64,000 nucleotides of DNA from Candidatus Methanomethylicia archaeon (lineage in GTDB: Archaea; Thermoproteota; Methanomethylicia; Culexarchaeales; Culexarchaeaceae). A program made the position numbers and the translations under genes. The DNA is taken from the NCBI GenBank assembly GCA_038727515.1, contig JAVYVS010000002.1, positions 96,001 to 160,000 on the forward strand, given 5' to 3'. Each line of letters opens with the position of its first letter. Position 1 is the first letter of the stretch. The notes under the pieces are model-generated. The model was not told the origin of the DNA, ran no database searches, and saw nothing but the letters and a program-made list of their open reading frames with translations. Of the stretch, positions 1 to 9,403 are shown piece after piece.

Positions 1-632
1 AGAAGCTTATTGATTGGTCTATTAAAGAGTTTAAGATCGATTTAGATATAGATAAAGTATATAGATATATAACGTTTTCAGGTCTTAAGAAGAATTATCT
101 AGGGGTTTTTAATGATGGTTCTGTTGATGTTAAAGGTCTTGTTGGTAAGAAGAGGAATACTCCTGAATTCCTTAAGAAATTGTTTATGGATGTTGTAGAT
201 ATTTTAGGTGATGTTCAGACTTTAAAGGATTTTGATGATGCTAAATCTAAGATTAAATCTGTTGTTAGAGATTATTATGTTAAGTTGAAGAATAGGGAAT
301 TGAATCTTGATGATTTAGCCTTTAGAGTTAAATTGTCTAGAGATTTAGATCACTATGTTAAGACTACTCCACAACATGTTAAAGCAGCTAAACTTTTAGA
401 GAAGTTTCAATCTAGAAAACTTGGTGCTGGAGATATAATATCATATGTTAAAGTTAAAGGTGATATCGGGGTTAAACCTATTCAACTTGCTAGGATAGAT
501 GAAATAGATGTAGAGAAATATATTGGGCATATGGAAACTACTTTAAGACAGATTCTAGAAGCTATTGGGATAAATCTTGATGAAATTTTTGGTGTTAAGA
601 GTTTAGATAGATTTTTCTTTAGTAAGAGGTAG
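1..632 (+). CDS. polB: Family B DNA polymerase (crenarchaeal PolB1-like), C-terminal part, 5'-truncated by window edge
   Basis: Frame open from base 3: ..SGLKKNYLGV..DVKGLVGKKRNTPEF..TPQHVKAA..; KKNY and VKG motifs of family B polymerases. Confidence 0.93.
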   Translation, partial: KLIDWSIKEFKIDLDIDKVYRYITFSGLKKNYLGVFNDGSVDVKGLVGKKRNTPEFLKKLFMDVVDILGDVQTLKDFDDAKSKIKSVVRDYYVKLKNRELNLDDLAFRVKLSRDLDHYVKTTPQHVKAAKLLEKFQSRKLGAGDIISYVKVKGDIGVKPIQLARIDEIDVEKYIGHMETTLRQILEAIGINLDEIFGVKSLDRFFFSKR

Positions 633-1017
633 ATGGACTTCTTCTTTCTACTATATAAGCACCTAAAACTCCACCTAATATTTGCACACTAACAATTTCT
701 ATTAATAATTGCATTGGCATACCCCTTATTAATGATGTAAATAACATATTCACTAATATTGCTGATACGCCAACTGTTAGTCCAATGGTCATTCTATCTC
801 TATATGCAATTCTACATATCAAATAACTTGAAACTATCGTAGAAATCAAGTATGATACTACTATTAATGCTTCTGCAAATAATATCGTAGTTTCTATGTA
901 TTCTGCGATATACGATATCAATGCTATTACAAGCCATCCAGGGGCATTTGATAATAATGCTCCAGCAATGTATTCTTCCAATTTAGGCATTCTGTAAGTC
1001 ATGTTTTCACCTAACAC
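619..1017 (-). CDS. Small 4-TM membrane protein, unknown function
   Basis: Four hydrophobic segments; fills the space between neighbouring genes. Confidence 0.65.
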   Translation of the reverse strand: MLGENMTYRMPKLEEYIAGALLSNAPGWLVIALISYIAEYIETTILFAEALIVVSYLISTIVSSYLICRIAYRDRMTIGLTVGVSAILVNMLFTSLIRGMPMQLLIEIVSVQILGGVLGAYIVERRSPSTSY

Positions 1018-1064
1018 TTATTTACATGTTTGATAATATTTTATATGAGTGTTTTGGTGACTTT

Positions 1065-1955
1065 ATGAACGATATTTTGAGGTCTTTCCTTGAAGATAAA
1101 CGTATTCTTGATAGAGTTAAATTTGAAGATTTTCTCTCAGTTTACTTTGATATTAGACCTGCATCATTCTTTACGATGATTGCAGAACTTCCCAATGCTA
1201 AGGAGATTGGTGAAAAGATAGATTCTGAATGTAAAAGTGATTTAATGACGATAATGTCTGCTAGAGATATTCAATTGAGGGGTGAATTAATAATGGAGTT
1301 GAGAAGTAAAATTGATAAATTGTTTAAGAAGTATGTTTTGGATTCAGATGTTTTTAAAGCTCATGAATATTGGGCTAAGAAGCTTGGTTTAAGGATGGAG
1401 ATGGATAAAATTAGACCAAGTATATGTGAAGTTTATTTGTTTAAAGATAAGAATATAGGTAGAAAACTTAAAGATTTATTCTACATTAGAAGGGAGATTA
1501 GGAGAGCTATATATCAAATGCAAAATATAAGTTTACCACCATCATTATTGGCATATCCTGAAGAATTATCTTCAAAATTTGTTAGTGAACTTGGCTTAAT
1601 CCTTGGATATCCTGAATGCTGTGTTAAAAAGTATGCTGAAGAAAGAGCTTCTGGAGTATATGTTGAAGGTAGAATATCTAATCAAATTAAAGAATTAAAG
1701 AAGTCTGATGATAAACCAAATGTTTTCTCATTCTTCTCAAGTAATTTCATACCTCATGATCCAAAGTGTGAAAAGGCTGCTGAGATTGGATTAAAACTCT
1801 ATGAAACTTTAAGAGAGAGAATTCCAGGAGCTCATGAAATCTATTATAAGCTTTTATTGGAAAACGTTAATACTGCTGAAAACTTTCCAGAAATAATTAA
1901 ATCTTATAGGCAATATGCTGATTCTAGAATGAGAGATCTACTTATGCACCTATAA
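1065..1955 (+). CDS. DUF483-like conserved archaeal protein
   Basis: LGYPECCV and FIPHDPKC motifs; start moved to ATG 1065 after GGTGA SD. Confidence 0.65.
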   Translation: MNDILRSFLEDKRILDRVKFEDFLSVYFDIRPASFFTMIAELPNAKEIGEKIDSECKSDLMTIMSARDIQLRGELIMELRSKIDKLFKKYVLDSDVFKAHEYWAKKLGLRMEMDKIRPSICEVYLFKDKNIGRKLKDLFYIRREIRRAIYQMQNISLPPSLLAYPEELSSKFVSELGLILGYPECCVKKYAEERASGVYVEGRISNQIKELKKSDDKPNVFSFFSSNFIPHDPKCEKAAEIGLKLYETLRERIPGAHEIYYKLLLENVNTAENFPEIIKSYRQYADSRMRDLLMHL

Positions 1956-1993
1956 CAGAAAAATTTAATTACGTATCATTTCCAATTAAATAT

Positions 1994-2389
1994 TTGGTGT
2001 TTTATTTGGCTTATGTTAATTTGGATTTAACTCCTGAAAGGAGGAAGGAACTCATAGATAGAATTGCAACTGAAATTGTTAAAAGGGGTCTTGAAACCCC
2101 TGCTATAATGCTTCTTGAAACATTTAAACCATTAAGTTTTATTGGAGCTGAAATGGCTATATTCTACCTATTCCCATATATTAAAGCTATAACTACAAAT
2201 CCAGTTGTAGATGAGATTACAGCTATATTTCATGATAGATCTGCTGTTGAAGAATTGATTAAAAGGATTGAAGAACTTGTAGAGATTGAAAAGGAAAAGG
2301 AGAGAGCTGCTAAAGAAGCTAAAAAGAGAGCTAAACAATTAATGTCTGGAAATGAAAAGAAGAAGAGATTTTGGATTTTTGGAAGTTAA
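1994..2389 (+). CDS. Conserved hypothetical protein
   Basis: GLETPAIMLLETFKPLSFIG motif, charged C-terminal tail. Confidence 0.7.
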   Translation: MVFYLAYVNLDLTPERRKELIDRIATEIVKRGLETPAIMLLETFKPLSFIGAEMAIFYLFPYIKAITTNPVVDEITAIFHDRSAVEELIKRIEELVEIEKEKERAAKEAKKRAKQLMSGNEKKKRFWIFGS

Positions 2390-2814
2390 CCTTCCTCCTC
2401 ATCCTCTTTTACTGTTGTTAATGTTATCTCTCTGCTCCATTCCAGTAGCTCATTTTTTGCTTCTTCTCTTAATGGTGATCCTATTGTAACTATGAATACT
2501 CTATTGTCTTTATATCCATCATCAAACCATTCATTATCAAATGATATCACATAAACTGGTAATTCTATTATCACAGTCTTTTGAGCGGTTCTTTGCATAC
2601 TAAATTTAGAATATACATCGTATTCTTCACTTGTCAGTGGTAGTTTTAATTCCATTGGATAGTTGTCTCTTATTATTATGAAATCTGATTTACTTGCATT
2701 CCACAATTCCATGGCTTCTTTAGCAACTTCTTTAACTGCTTCTTCTAATTCAATATTCAATTCCTTATGTATTTTCGCATTTCCATTTTCAGATAATATC
2801 ACAATACTCTTCAA
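2386..2814 (-). CDS. DUF2286-like crenarchaeal conserved protein
   Basis: W..SDFII.. and LPVYVISFDNEW motifs; overlaps upstream gene 4 nt. Confidence 0.6.
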   Translation of the reverse strand: MKSIVILSENGNAKIHKELNIELEEAVKEVAKEAMELWNASKSDFIIIRDNYPMELKLPLTSEEYDVYSKFSMQRTAQKTVIIELPVYVISFDNEWFDDGYKDNRVFIVTIGSPLREEAKNELLEWSREITLTTVKEDEEEG

Positions 2815-3122
2815 TTTAATTCACCCATAGCTCTAAGAATTATTTCTTTTGCCTCCTTTATATTTGGCCCACCTTTATCATCTAATGGAACTCTAGACAT
2901 AACATACTTTATTTCATCCTTCTCATTTTGTATGAATACTTGAGGTATATCTATCCCTCCATACTCATTTTTTACTCCATACTTATCTAGGAAATCATAA
3001 TCTTCTTCTTTAAATTCAACTTCAAACCCTTTTTCCTTAGCCAACTCTGTTACCGCTTTTCTAACATATTTCGAAGCTTCCTCCCAAGATGCTAATACAA
3101 CAATGATCTTCTTAACAGTCAT
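2811..3122 (-). CDS. Thioredoxin/glutaredoxin-fold protein lacking cysteines
   Basis: EEDYDFL..YG..GGIDIPQVF cis-Pro motif; no CxxC. Confidence 0.6.
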   Translation of the reverse strand: MTVKKIIVVLASWEEASKYVRKAVTELAKEKGFEVEFKEEDYDFLDKYGVKNEYGGIDIPQVFIQNEKDEIKYVMSRVPLDDKGGPNIKEAKEIILRAMGELN

Positions 3123-3330
3123 TTAATATACACCTTACCTAAAGCTTAAACATCAAGACAAATATTTATCTTTTTGGTTTATTTACTATTAGAATTTATG
3201 AATATTTATTCATTATTGAAATTCTCTTAGGAGAAGATTTCTTCACTCCTTCGCTTATCCATTAAATTGATTATAATTTGAAATTTTATTTAATGCGAAA
3301 ATATTATTTATAGCTTTGTAATTTCATTTT

Positions 3331-3543
3331 ATGATTTTTATGAGTGAATCTGAAGTTGTGGATATTTCAAAGATACCTGAAGATTTGAAGCATAGGATAG
3401 TTTATGAATGGGTTCATTATAATTATACTTTTGATGAATTAGCAAGTAAATATGGTTTAACTTGGGATCAAATTTTTGAGATTATAAAGAATTCTCCAAC
3501 TATGTATGCTTGGATTAAGCCCAAGGAATTTACTCCAAAATAA
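3331..3543 (+). CDS. Small HTH-like protein
   Basis: TFDELASKYGLTWDQIFEII resembles a helix-turn-helix. Confidence 0.55.
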   Translation: MIFMSESEVVDISKIPEDLKHRIVYEWVHYNYTFDELASKYGLTWDQIFEIIKNSPTMYAWIKPKEFTPK

Positions 3544-3544
3544 T

Positions 3545-3612
3545 TGCGCAACTCATTTTAAGCGGCTTCATCACAATTACTCAGAGCTTTGACCCTATAT
3601 CATTGTTGCGCA
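3545..3612 (-). ncRNA. Box C/D guide sRNA (candidate tRNA-Gln(UUG) U34 2'-O-methylation guide)
   Basis: Minus strand: TGCGCAAC-A-ATGATA(C-like)-TAGGGTCAAAGCT-CTGA(D')-GTAATT-GTGATGA(C')-AGCCGCTTAAA-ATGA(D)-GTTGCGCA; perfect 8-bp terminal stem; GC-rich island in AT-rich DNA. Confidence 0.8.
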
Positions 3613-3667
3613 GGCTCCGACGGTCTAACGTCATCACATATCAGAACCCGAGTTCATCTTCACAGCC
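3613..3667 (-). ncRNA. Box C/D guide sRNA (guides complementary to tRNA T-arm- and D-loop-like sequences)
   Basis: Minus strand: GGCT-GTGAAGA(C)-TGAACTCGGGTT-CTGA(D')-TAT-GTGATGA(C')-CGTTAGACCGT-CGGA(D-like)-GCC; canonical 11-12 nt guide spacing, short terminal stem. Confidence 0.8.
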
Positions 3668-3714
3668 ATTTACTTATTTATTTAAGTTACAAATTAATTT
3701 TTGGTGTTCACTTT

Positions 3715-4194
3715 TTGCTTGAATCTCTTAAAAATCTTAATGGTGGAACATATACTCTTATAATTGCTTCTCCATATGATCGTAGGATTAAAATTGGATG
3801 TATTGGTTTAATAGACTTTCATAGTGGCATATACACTTATACTGGTTCAGCACTTAAGAAGAAGTTTGCATTGTATAATCGGATATCTAGGCATTTATCT
3901 CAAAATAAAAGGTTATGGTGGCATATAGATTACCTACTTAATACCTCTGGAATTGAAGTTAAAGCTATATGTGCATCACATAGTGATTTAAGATTTGAAT
4001 GCATCATTGCCAATGATATACTTAATACTCTCAATGGTTCTCCAGTAATTGGATTTGGAAGTTCTGATTGTAAATGTATAAGTCACTTACACTTTTTCGG
4101 TAATATTGACTACTTAAAAGTTTTAGATATGATTTACAACTTATATTTAAAATTCAATTTAAAACCAATAAAAATAATTTTTAACCATCAATAA
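3715..4194 (+). CDS. DUF123 / Uri (GIY-YIG superfamily) endonuclease
   Basis: GTYTL, YTYTGSA, RISRH, WHIDYL, FEC, GFGSSDCKCISHL motifs; true start likely TTG 3715 because the upstream part of the ORF overlaps the sRNAs. Confidence 0.85.
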   Translation: MLESLKNLNGGTYTLIIASPYDRRIKIGCIGLIDFHSGIYTYTGSALKKKFALYNRISRHLSQNKRLWWHIDYLLNTSGIEVKAICASHSDLRFECIIANDILNTLNGSPVIGFGSSDCKCISHLHFFGNIDYLKVLDMIYNLYLKFNLKPIKIIFNHQ

Positions 4195-4991
4195 CCCATC
4201 GATAACTTAACTATACACTTAAATATTATATCCCCATATGTTAACGTCAGTATTAATCCTATAAGCATGAAAACTATTAGTGGCATAGCCGGCGTAACCC
4301 ATATATATCCCTCTCCTATTAAACCTTCTTCATAAAGTTTAATTATGTTATTAAGCTTATCTTCACCAATGGATATTCCAACCCTTATATTCAATCTCCT
4401 TTTAATTGTATTCCCTTCAAAATTTAATTCCTCTATTGGATATACAAACTTTTTCTCCTTTAACTTTTTCAATTCAATTCTGTAACCAGTTGCCATGGCC
4501 AACAATTTTTTAAATATACTTTCTTCTTCTAAACCTTGAAATATATTTTCACCTATGATAATCCTATATACGTTTTTCATGAGTAAATATACTGCAGGCA
4601 TTATTGAGATTAACATGGAGTTATTGAATGTTGAAACTGGTATTATATTATGAGTTCCTAATTTTATTGCAATTTCTTCCGGCATTATTGGCATTAATAT
4701 GCTTAATGCTATTATAGCCTTTGAGTCGGCTCCTCCAAAGAAATCTAATTTGTAAGTTAATAATCCAATGGCTATTGAGAATAATATTGATATCACCATT
4801 AAGTTCATCCAGATAGTCATCCATTTGATTGCTGCTTCATATATGAGTAATGGTATTCCCATGGCGACCATTATTATCCATATCCAATCGCATATTTCTC
4901 TACTTTTTAAATCTTGTAATGAAGCTAATGAAAAACATATTATAGCCACTATATACCTTATATAGTAGACTTCATTTAACATTGATTTCAA
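4188..4991 (-). CDS. pibD: Archaeal prepilin/prearchaellin peptidase (A24, PibD/FlaK-like)
   Basis: ASLQDLKSREI and FGGADSK catalytic Asp motifs; C-terminal WVTPAMPLIVFM. Confidence 0.9.
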   Translation of the reverse strand: MKSMLNEVYYIRYIVAIICFSLASLQDLKSREICDWIWIIMVAMGIPLLIYEAAIKWMTIWMNLMVISILFSIAIGLLTYKLDFFGGADSKAIIALSILMPIMPEEIAIKLGTHNIIPVSTFNNSMLISIMPAVYLLMKNVYRIIIGENIFQGLEEESIFKKLLAMATGYRIELKKLKEKKFVYPIEELNFEGNTIKRRLNIRVGISIGEDKLNNIIKLYEEGLIGEGYIWVTPAMPLIVFMLIGLILTLTYGDIIFKCIVKLSMGY

Positions 4992-5069
4992 CCCTAAATA
5001 CCTTAACCCACTTAAAGTATATTAATGATATCGTTTATATGAAAATCTTTATCTCTTTGTTTTAACGTC

Positions 5070-5258
5070 ATGTCTTATTGGTGTAAATACTTGAAGTTTA
5101 AGTCTGGTGGCTCCAAGATACTTATTTGCCCAAAATGTGGATATAGATTTGATTTAACATATTCAAGGACTTTCTCATGTGGTGGATGTCAATACTCTGT
5201 TTTTGGATCCTGTGGTTATGCTAAGTGTCCGAAATGTGGGCATGAATTTCCACTTTAA
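5070..5258 (+). CDS. Small Zn-ribbon protein (CPKCG x2, CGGC)
   Basis: Three CxxC motifs in about 55 aa; likely start TTG near 5092 after GGTG. Confidence 0.75.
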   Translation: MSYWCKYLKFKSGGSKILICPKCGYRFDLTYSRTFSCGGCQYSVFGSCGYAKCPKCGHEFPL

Positions 5259-5327
5259 ATCATTTAAATACATTCTTATCTAGTTTAAATAGTGGTTTAA
5301 ATTAAGAGTGTTGAATACTCTTTAAAC

Positions 5328-5732
5328 TTGCTTTTATCAGTAATCTTTTCATTAACTTTAGTTTTAACCTTTGGATTTGTAACTTATGGTAGTATTAATC
5401 AAATTTCATTTGATGAAAATCGCTTTATATGTACTTACATATTTTCCGTAATCAATGAAGCTTTAAGCTTAAGGGATTTTAATGGTTTAGAACATGTCAC
5501 TATTAAACTTAGTTTTCCATATAGGCTTTCTACTTTACCATACGTTATAAAGTTTATAAATATCGATGGATCTGGGAAGATTATTGTTGGTGAAGGTGAT
5601 TCTGCCTATTCTATTACACTTCCACATGGGGTTATTACTTCAGAATATTCACTGAAATTTTATGGGGGTTTCATAATTATTAACATGTTTTTTCATGAAT
5701 CATTTATTGAAATAAGTATTTCAAGTGGTTAA
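5328..5732 (+). CDS. Pilin-like protein (N-terminal hydrophobic helix)
   Basis: Hydrophobic N-terminus preceded in frame by IKSVEY; first of four overlapping ORFs next to the prepilin peptidase. Confidence 0.55.
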   Translation: MLLSVIFSLTLVLTFGFVTYGSINQISFDENRFICTYIFSVINEALSLRDFNGLEHVTIKLSFPYRLSTLPYVIKFINIDGSGKIIVGEGDSAYSITLPHGVITSEYSLKFYGGFIIINMFFHESFIEISISSG

Positions 5733-6114
5733 TATGTCTATTTCCATTGAGTTTTCTCTCTCTATCTTTATAATAACATTAACGATCATTTTCCTATTTC
5801 ACAATATCTCTATCATCGGGTCCTTTGTATGTTCTAATTTAGAAGATTCAAGTAGGATTATTATGGCTAAAAGTATCGCTATAGGAATGTTTACATCTAA
5901 ATATAAGAGCAATGATTTCTTTCATATATTCAATGAGTGTCGAAATCAATGTGATATTGATATTCAAAATTTAAATTGTAAGCTTAAGTGTATAATTTTA
6001 GAGTTTAATACAACTAATTTTGAAAATCCTCCTAACCTCTATTTTAGTTTCTTTATTGAATTTAATGGTAAACTATATGTTGTTAGAGTTTTGAGGTGTG
6101 AAGCTAGTGGTTAG
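5725..6114 (+). CDS. Pilin-like protein
   Basis: SISIEF then hydrophobic stretch; overlaps neighbours. Confidence 0.55.
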   Translation: MVNMSISIEFSLSIFIITLTIIFLFHNISIIGSFVCSNLEDSSRIIMAKSIAIGMFTSKYKSNDFFHIFNECRNQCDIDIQNLNCKLKCIILEFNTTNFENPPNLYFSFFIEFNGKLYVVRVLRCEASG

Positions 6115-6499
6115 AGGTATATATTCTATTGAAGCTGTACTATTTATGTTGATACTTACATCATCCATGGTTTTCATATATAGTATGCTCCCAAAATTTT
6201 ATTTCTTCAATTTTTTTAGAGACTCAGATGAATATGTTAAGTTTATTTCTCTCTTAATTTCTATAGATGAAATTGGACTTCTTGATGAAATTTGTATTTC
6301 TAGAGATTATATGAAGCTTTACTCACTTTTAAAATCATGTTTTAATGGTGATCTTAAGATTATAATTTTTGATGCATTTAGTGGGTTTACAATATACCAA
6401 TACCCTGAAGACATTAATTTCCCCATTAAATTATGCTATTACTTTTATTCCTCTATTAGTAATAGGCTTTTTATAATTGTTTTAGGGTGGAAGTATTGA
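6098..6499 (+). CDS. Class III signal peptide (minor pilin-like) protein
   Basis: RG|IYSIEAVLFMLIL with Glu at +5. Confidence 0.65.
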   Translation: MKLVVRGIYSIEAVLFMLILTSSMVFIYSMLPKFYFFNFFRDSDEYVKFISLLISIDEIGLLDEICISRDYMKLYSLLKSCFNGDLKIIIFDAFSGFTIYQYPEDINFPIKLCYYFYSSISNRLFIIVLGWKY

Positions 6500-7152
6500 G
6501 GGGGGAGACTTTCCTATTCTCTTCATTAATAATTGCATTGATTATACTCTTTTTTGGAATTAATGTTTTCATGATGTCTCCAATATCATTGAAATCTTTT
6601 GATGCTGAAGTTTTGTATTGTAGGTCTTTAAACATACTTATTGATAAATACTTTTATATGGTTTTAAGGCATTATCCATTGAGCCGTGATTACATTGATA
6701 AATCTATGAACAACTTTGTTTATCATATCTTAAGGTATAAGTCTCTTGGTGGTCTTAATGTCAATCATATTAGTGTTTCCACATTATTTTCATGTAGATA
6801 TAATCATACCTTTTCATATATTTATTGTTCTTCCACTTTTAATATTTCTATAGGTGATCTTTCTTTTAAGCGTAGTTTAAAGTATAATTTATCTCTTTCA
6901 ATTTTAAATTATAATCTTAATGGTTCAATTCTCTCCTTAAATTACTCTTTCATTGAGAATGAATTACCAATTCATCCAGTTAATGCTACTATTTGGTTTT
7001 ATTATAATGGGTCTTGGGTTAAGATTAAACATGGTTTTAAAGTTTTCGATAACCATATTGTAATATGTTTAGATAGAGTTTCCCCATCAAAATTATTTTT
7101 AGATTTTATTGGATTTATAGGTGTTAGAATTACTGCAATTGTGGATTTCTAA
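6487..7152 (+). CDS. Class III signal peptide-like exported protein
   Basis: RG|ETFLFSSLIIALIILFFG; several N-x-S/T sequons. Confidence 0.55.
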   Translation: MEVLRGETFLFSSLIIALIILFFGINVFMMSPISLKSFDAEVLYCRSLNILIDKYFYMVLRHYPLSRDYIDKSMNNFVYHILRYKSLGGLNVNHISVSTLFSCRYNHTFSYIYCSSTFNISIGDLSFKRSLKYNLSLSILNYNLNGSILSLNYSFIENELPIHPVNATIWFYYNGSWVKIKHGFKVFDNHIVICLDRVSPSKLFLDFIGFIGVRITAIVDF

Positions 7153-7153
7153 T

Positions 7154-8752
7154 TTATTCTAATAGCTTCAATCTTTTCACTATGAATTCTTCATTTAAAC
7201 TTAAAATGAAGGGTGCTAATCTAGGTCCGCTATCCCTCCCCAATATTACCTTATAGAGTATTTGAAATGCTCTTTTAATATCAATACCCATTCTCCTAGC
7301 GTTTTCCACTATTTCTGCTTCAAATTCTTTTGGTGTTGGTTTTCTATTTTCAATCTTTTCTGCTAAGGTTTTTAAGAACTCCCTTTCACTCATACTTATT
7401 GAACTTATTACTTCTACTGGCACTTTATCAACTATCTTTATCTTCATGTTTTCTGGAGCATAATTTTCTATGTAATATTCCGCTCTATCCATTATCATCT
7501 TTATCTTTTCAATTTCCTCTTCACAGGGTTTAGATTTTAGATGTCCAGTTTTCATTAATCTTAATACAACTTCATCCATCCATCTCTCCCCCTTTGGAAC
7601 TATTTGTACTAGTACCATGGCAAATGTATATGGTATTTGTAATGGCATTTCTTTACTTGGATTTTCATTATGTGTTAATTCATAACTTCTTTTAATCATC
7701 ATTTCAATCTTCTTATCCTTTATTGATTCCACACCATAATATATTCTTTCGGCTTTTTCATATTCTTCACATATTTGCGGTATTTTCTCCACTGAAAACT
7801 CTAGGTGCGTCATTGGTTTTGATATATAATACCAGTATTTTAATGCATATGGATCTGCAACTTTATCCCATTCTGCAAAATCAAATGATATACCTCCTGA
7901 ACTTGACATAGCTTCTCCATTTAGGTATACCCATTCATATGGAAATCCTTCTGGAGGTTCTATTCCTAATATCTCCTTTGCAAGTGCAGTACATGTTTCT
8001 CTACTTCCACCTGCAGCCGCATGATCCTTTCCATAGGGTTCAAAGGTTACTTTAAGTACTTTCCATAAAGCTGCCCACTCCAATCTCCATTCCAATTTTC
8101 CCTCATTCATTTTTACAATACCCTTACTCCCACATTTTGGACATTCATATTCAACTTCTTCTCTATCTAAGTCTACTGAAATCGCTTTTGTTGTAGATAT
8201 GTTTTTACATTTTGGGCATAAGGGTTTAAATGGTATCCAATCTTTACCATATTTTTGCCCTCTATACCTATTTAGTATTTCTCTAACTTCATCTCTTTTC
8301 CTTATATACGTTTTTATTGTTTCAATCATATCCCTTGTTTCATATAATTTTGAGGTTTCAATGAATTCAATATCTCCCAATCCATATTTTCCATAGGATT
8401 TATAGAATGGAGTCATCCAATGTTCAACCCAATTCTTACAACATCCTTCTGGGCATGGTACATCCAGTATTCTAGTACCTTTCCATATTTCTTCGAATTC
8501 CTTTGTTATTAATGGTGGTTTTGCTTTTAATGGATCTTGCGTGTATACTACTAGTAGATGTTTAACATTTTCACCCATTTTCCTAAGTCTATTGGCTACT
8601 GCTGCTTGTAGGAATATTTCTCCACGGGTTTTTCCTATATGTATCCTCCCAGAGGCTGCCATTCCACCATTTATCACATGTTCTTCAAGTTTTTTGGATG
8701 CCAATTTTTCCGCTAATACATCTATCCAATGTTTTACCTCAACTTCATGCAT
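7154..8752 (-). CDS. lysS: Lysine--tRNA ligase, class I
   Basis: HWID, SGRIHIG (HIGH), EPYGKDH, AMSSSGG (KMSKS-like), GPRLAPF; start ATG 8752. Confidence 0.96.
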   Translation of the reverse strand: MHEVEVKHWIDVLAEKLASKKLEEHVINGGMAASGRIHIGKTRGEIFLQAAVANRLRKMGENVKHLLVVYTQDPLKAKPPLITKEFEEIWKGTRILDVPCPEGCCKNWVEHWMTPFYKSYGKYGLGDIEFIETSKLYETRDMIETIKTYIRKRDEVREILNRYRGQKYGKDWIPFKPLCPKCKNISTTKAISVDLDREEVEYECPKCGSKGIVKMNEGKLEWRLEWAALWKVLKVTFEPYGKDHAAAGGSRETCTALAKEILGIEPPEGFPYEWVYLNGEAMSSSGGISFDFAEWDKVADPYALKYWYYISKPMTHLEFSVEKIPQICEEYEKAERIYYGVESIKDKKIEMMIKRSYELTHNENPSKEMPLQIPYTFAMVLVQIVPKGERWMDEVVLRLMKTGHLKSKPCEEEIEKIKMIMDRAEYYIENYAPENMKIKIVDKVPVEVISSISMSEREFLKTLAEKIENRKPTPKEFEAEIVENARRMGIDIKRAFQILYKVILGRDSGPRLAPFILSLNEEFIVKRLKLLE

Positions 8753-8842
8753 TTCTACACACCATTTCATCCTTTTGCCTTATATATTATATATTGGGTT
8801 TCTTATATTTTGTATTGTTATTGGTATTGGTGTGTAAAGTTG

Positions 8843-9403
8843 ATGGATAAATTGAGAAAGTGGGTTGAAGGTCTTCTTAATCCTATAGCTATTTTCCTCC
8901 TTAAGATTAGAATTTCTCCAAATATCCTCACAATTATGGGTTTCTTCTTTGCTTTCCTCTCATCCATCTACATATATTTTGGAAATACATTTTTAGGTGG
9001 TATATTAATTTTGGTTTCAGGTTTCTTTGATGTTATGGATGGATTTTTGGCTAGGGTTGGTGGTTTATCTTCAAAATTGGGTGGATTTCTAGATTCAGTT
9101 TTCGATCGTTTTTCTGATGCATTAATCTTTTCTTCAATAATTTATTCTGGTATGTGTGATTTATTGATTGGTTTATATGTTCTTGTAGGTAGTTTTTTGA
9201 TTAGTTATATTAGGTGTAAAGGTGAATGTCTTAATGTTTATTTGGCTGGAGTTGGTTTAGCTGAACGTTCTGAGAGGCTTTTAATTGTTTCCATTGGATT
9301 ACTATTGAATGAAGTTCAAATATCACTTTATATATTATCTATACTTGTGACTTTTACTATCATTGAGAGGTTTTATAGGGTTGTTAAATCTATTGGTGAT
9401 TGA
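8843..9403 (+). CDS. pgsA: CDP-alcohol phosphatidyltransferase (archaetidylinositol phosphate synthase-like)
   Basis: PNILT and DVMDGFLAR...GGFLDSVFDRFSD motif. Confidence 0.9.
   Translation: MDKLRKWVEGLLNPIAIFLLKIRISPNILTIMGFFFAFLSSIYIYFGNTFLGGILILVSGFFDVMDGFLARVGGLSSKLGGFLDSVFDRFSDALIFSSIIYSGMCDLLIGLYVLVGSFLISYIRCKGECLNVYLAGVGLAERSERLLIVSIGLLLNEVQISLYILSILVTFTIIERFYRVVKSIGD

Noticed and set aside
3589-3714. N-terminal 42 codons of ORF 3589..4194
   Set aside because: Overlap the antisense C/D sRNAs; nuclease similarity and an SD-like GGTG start near TTG 3715.
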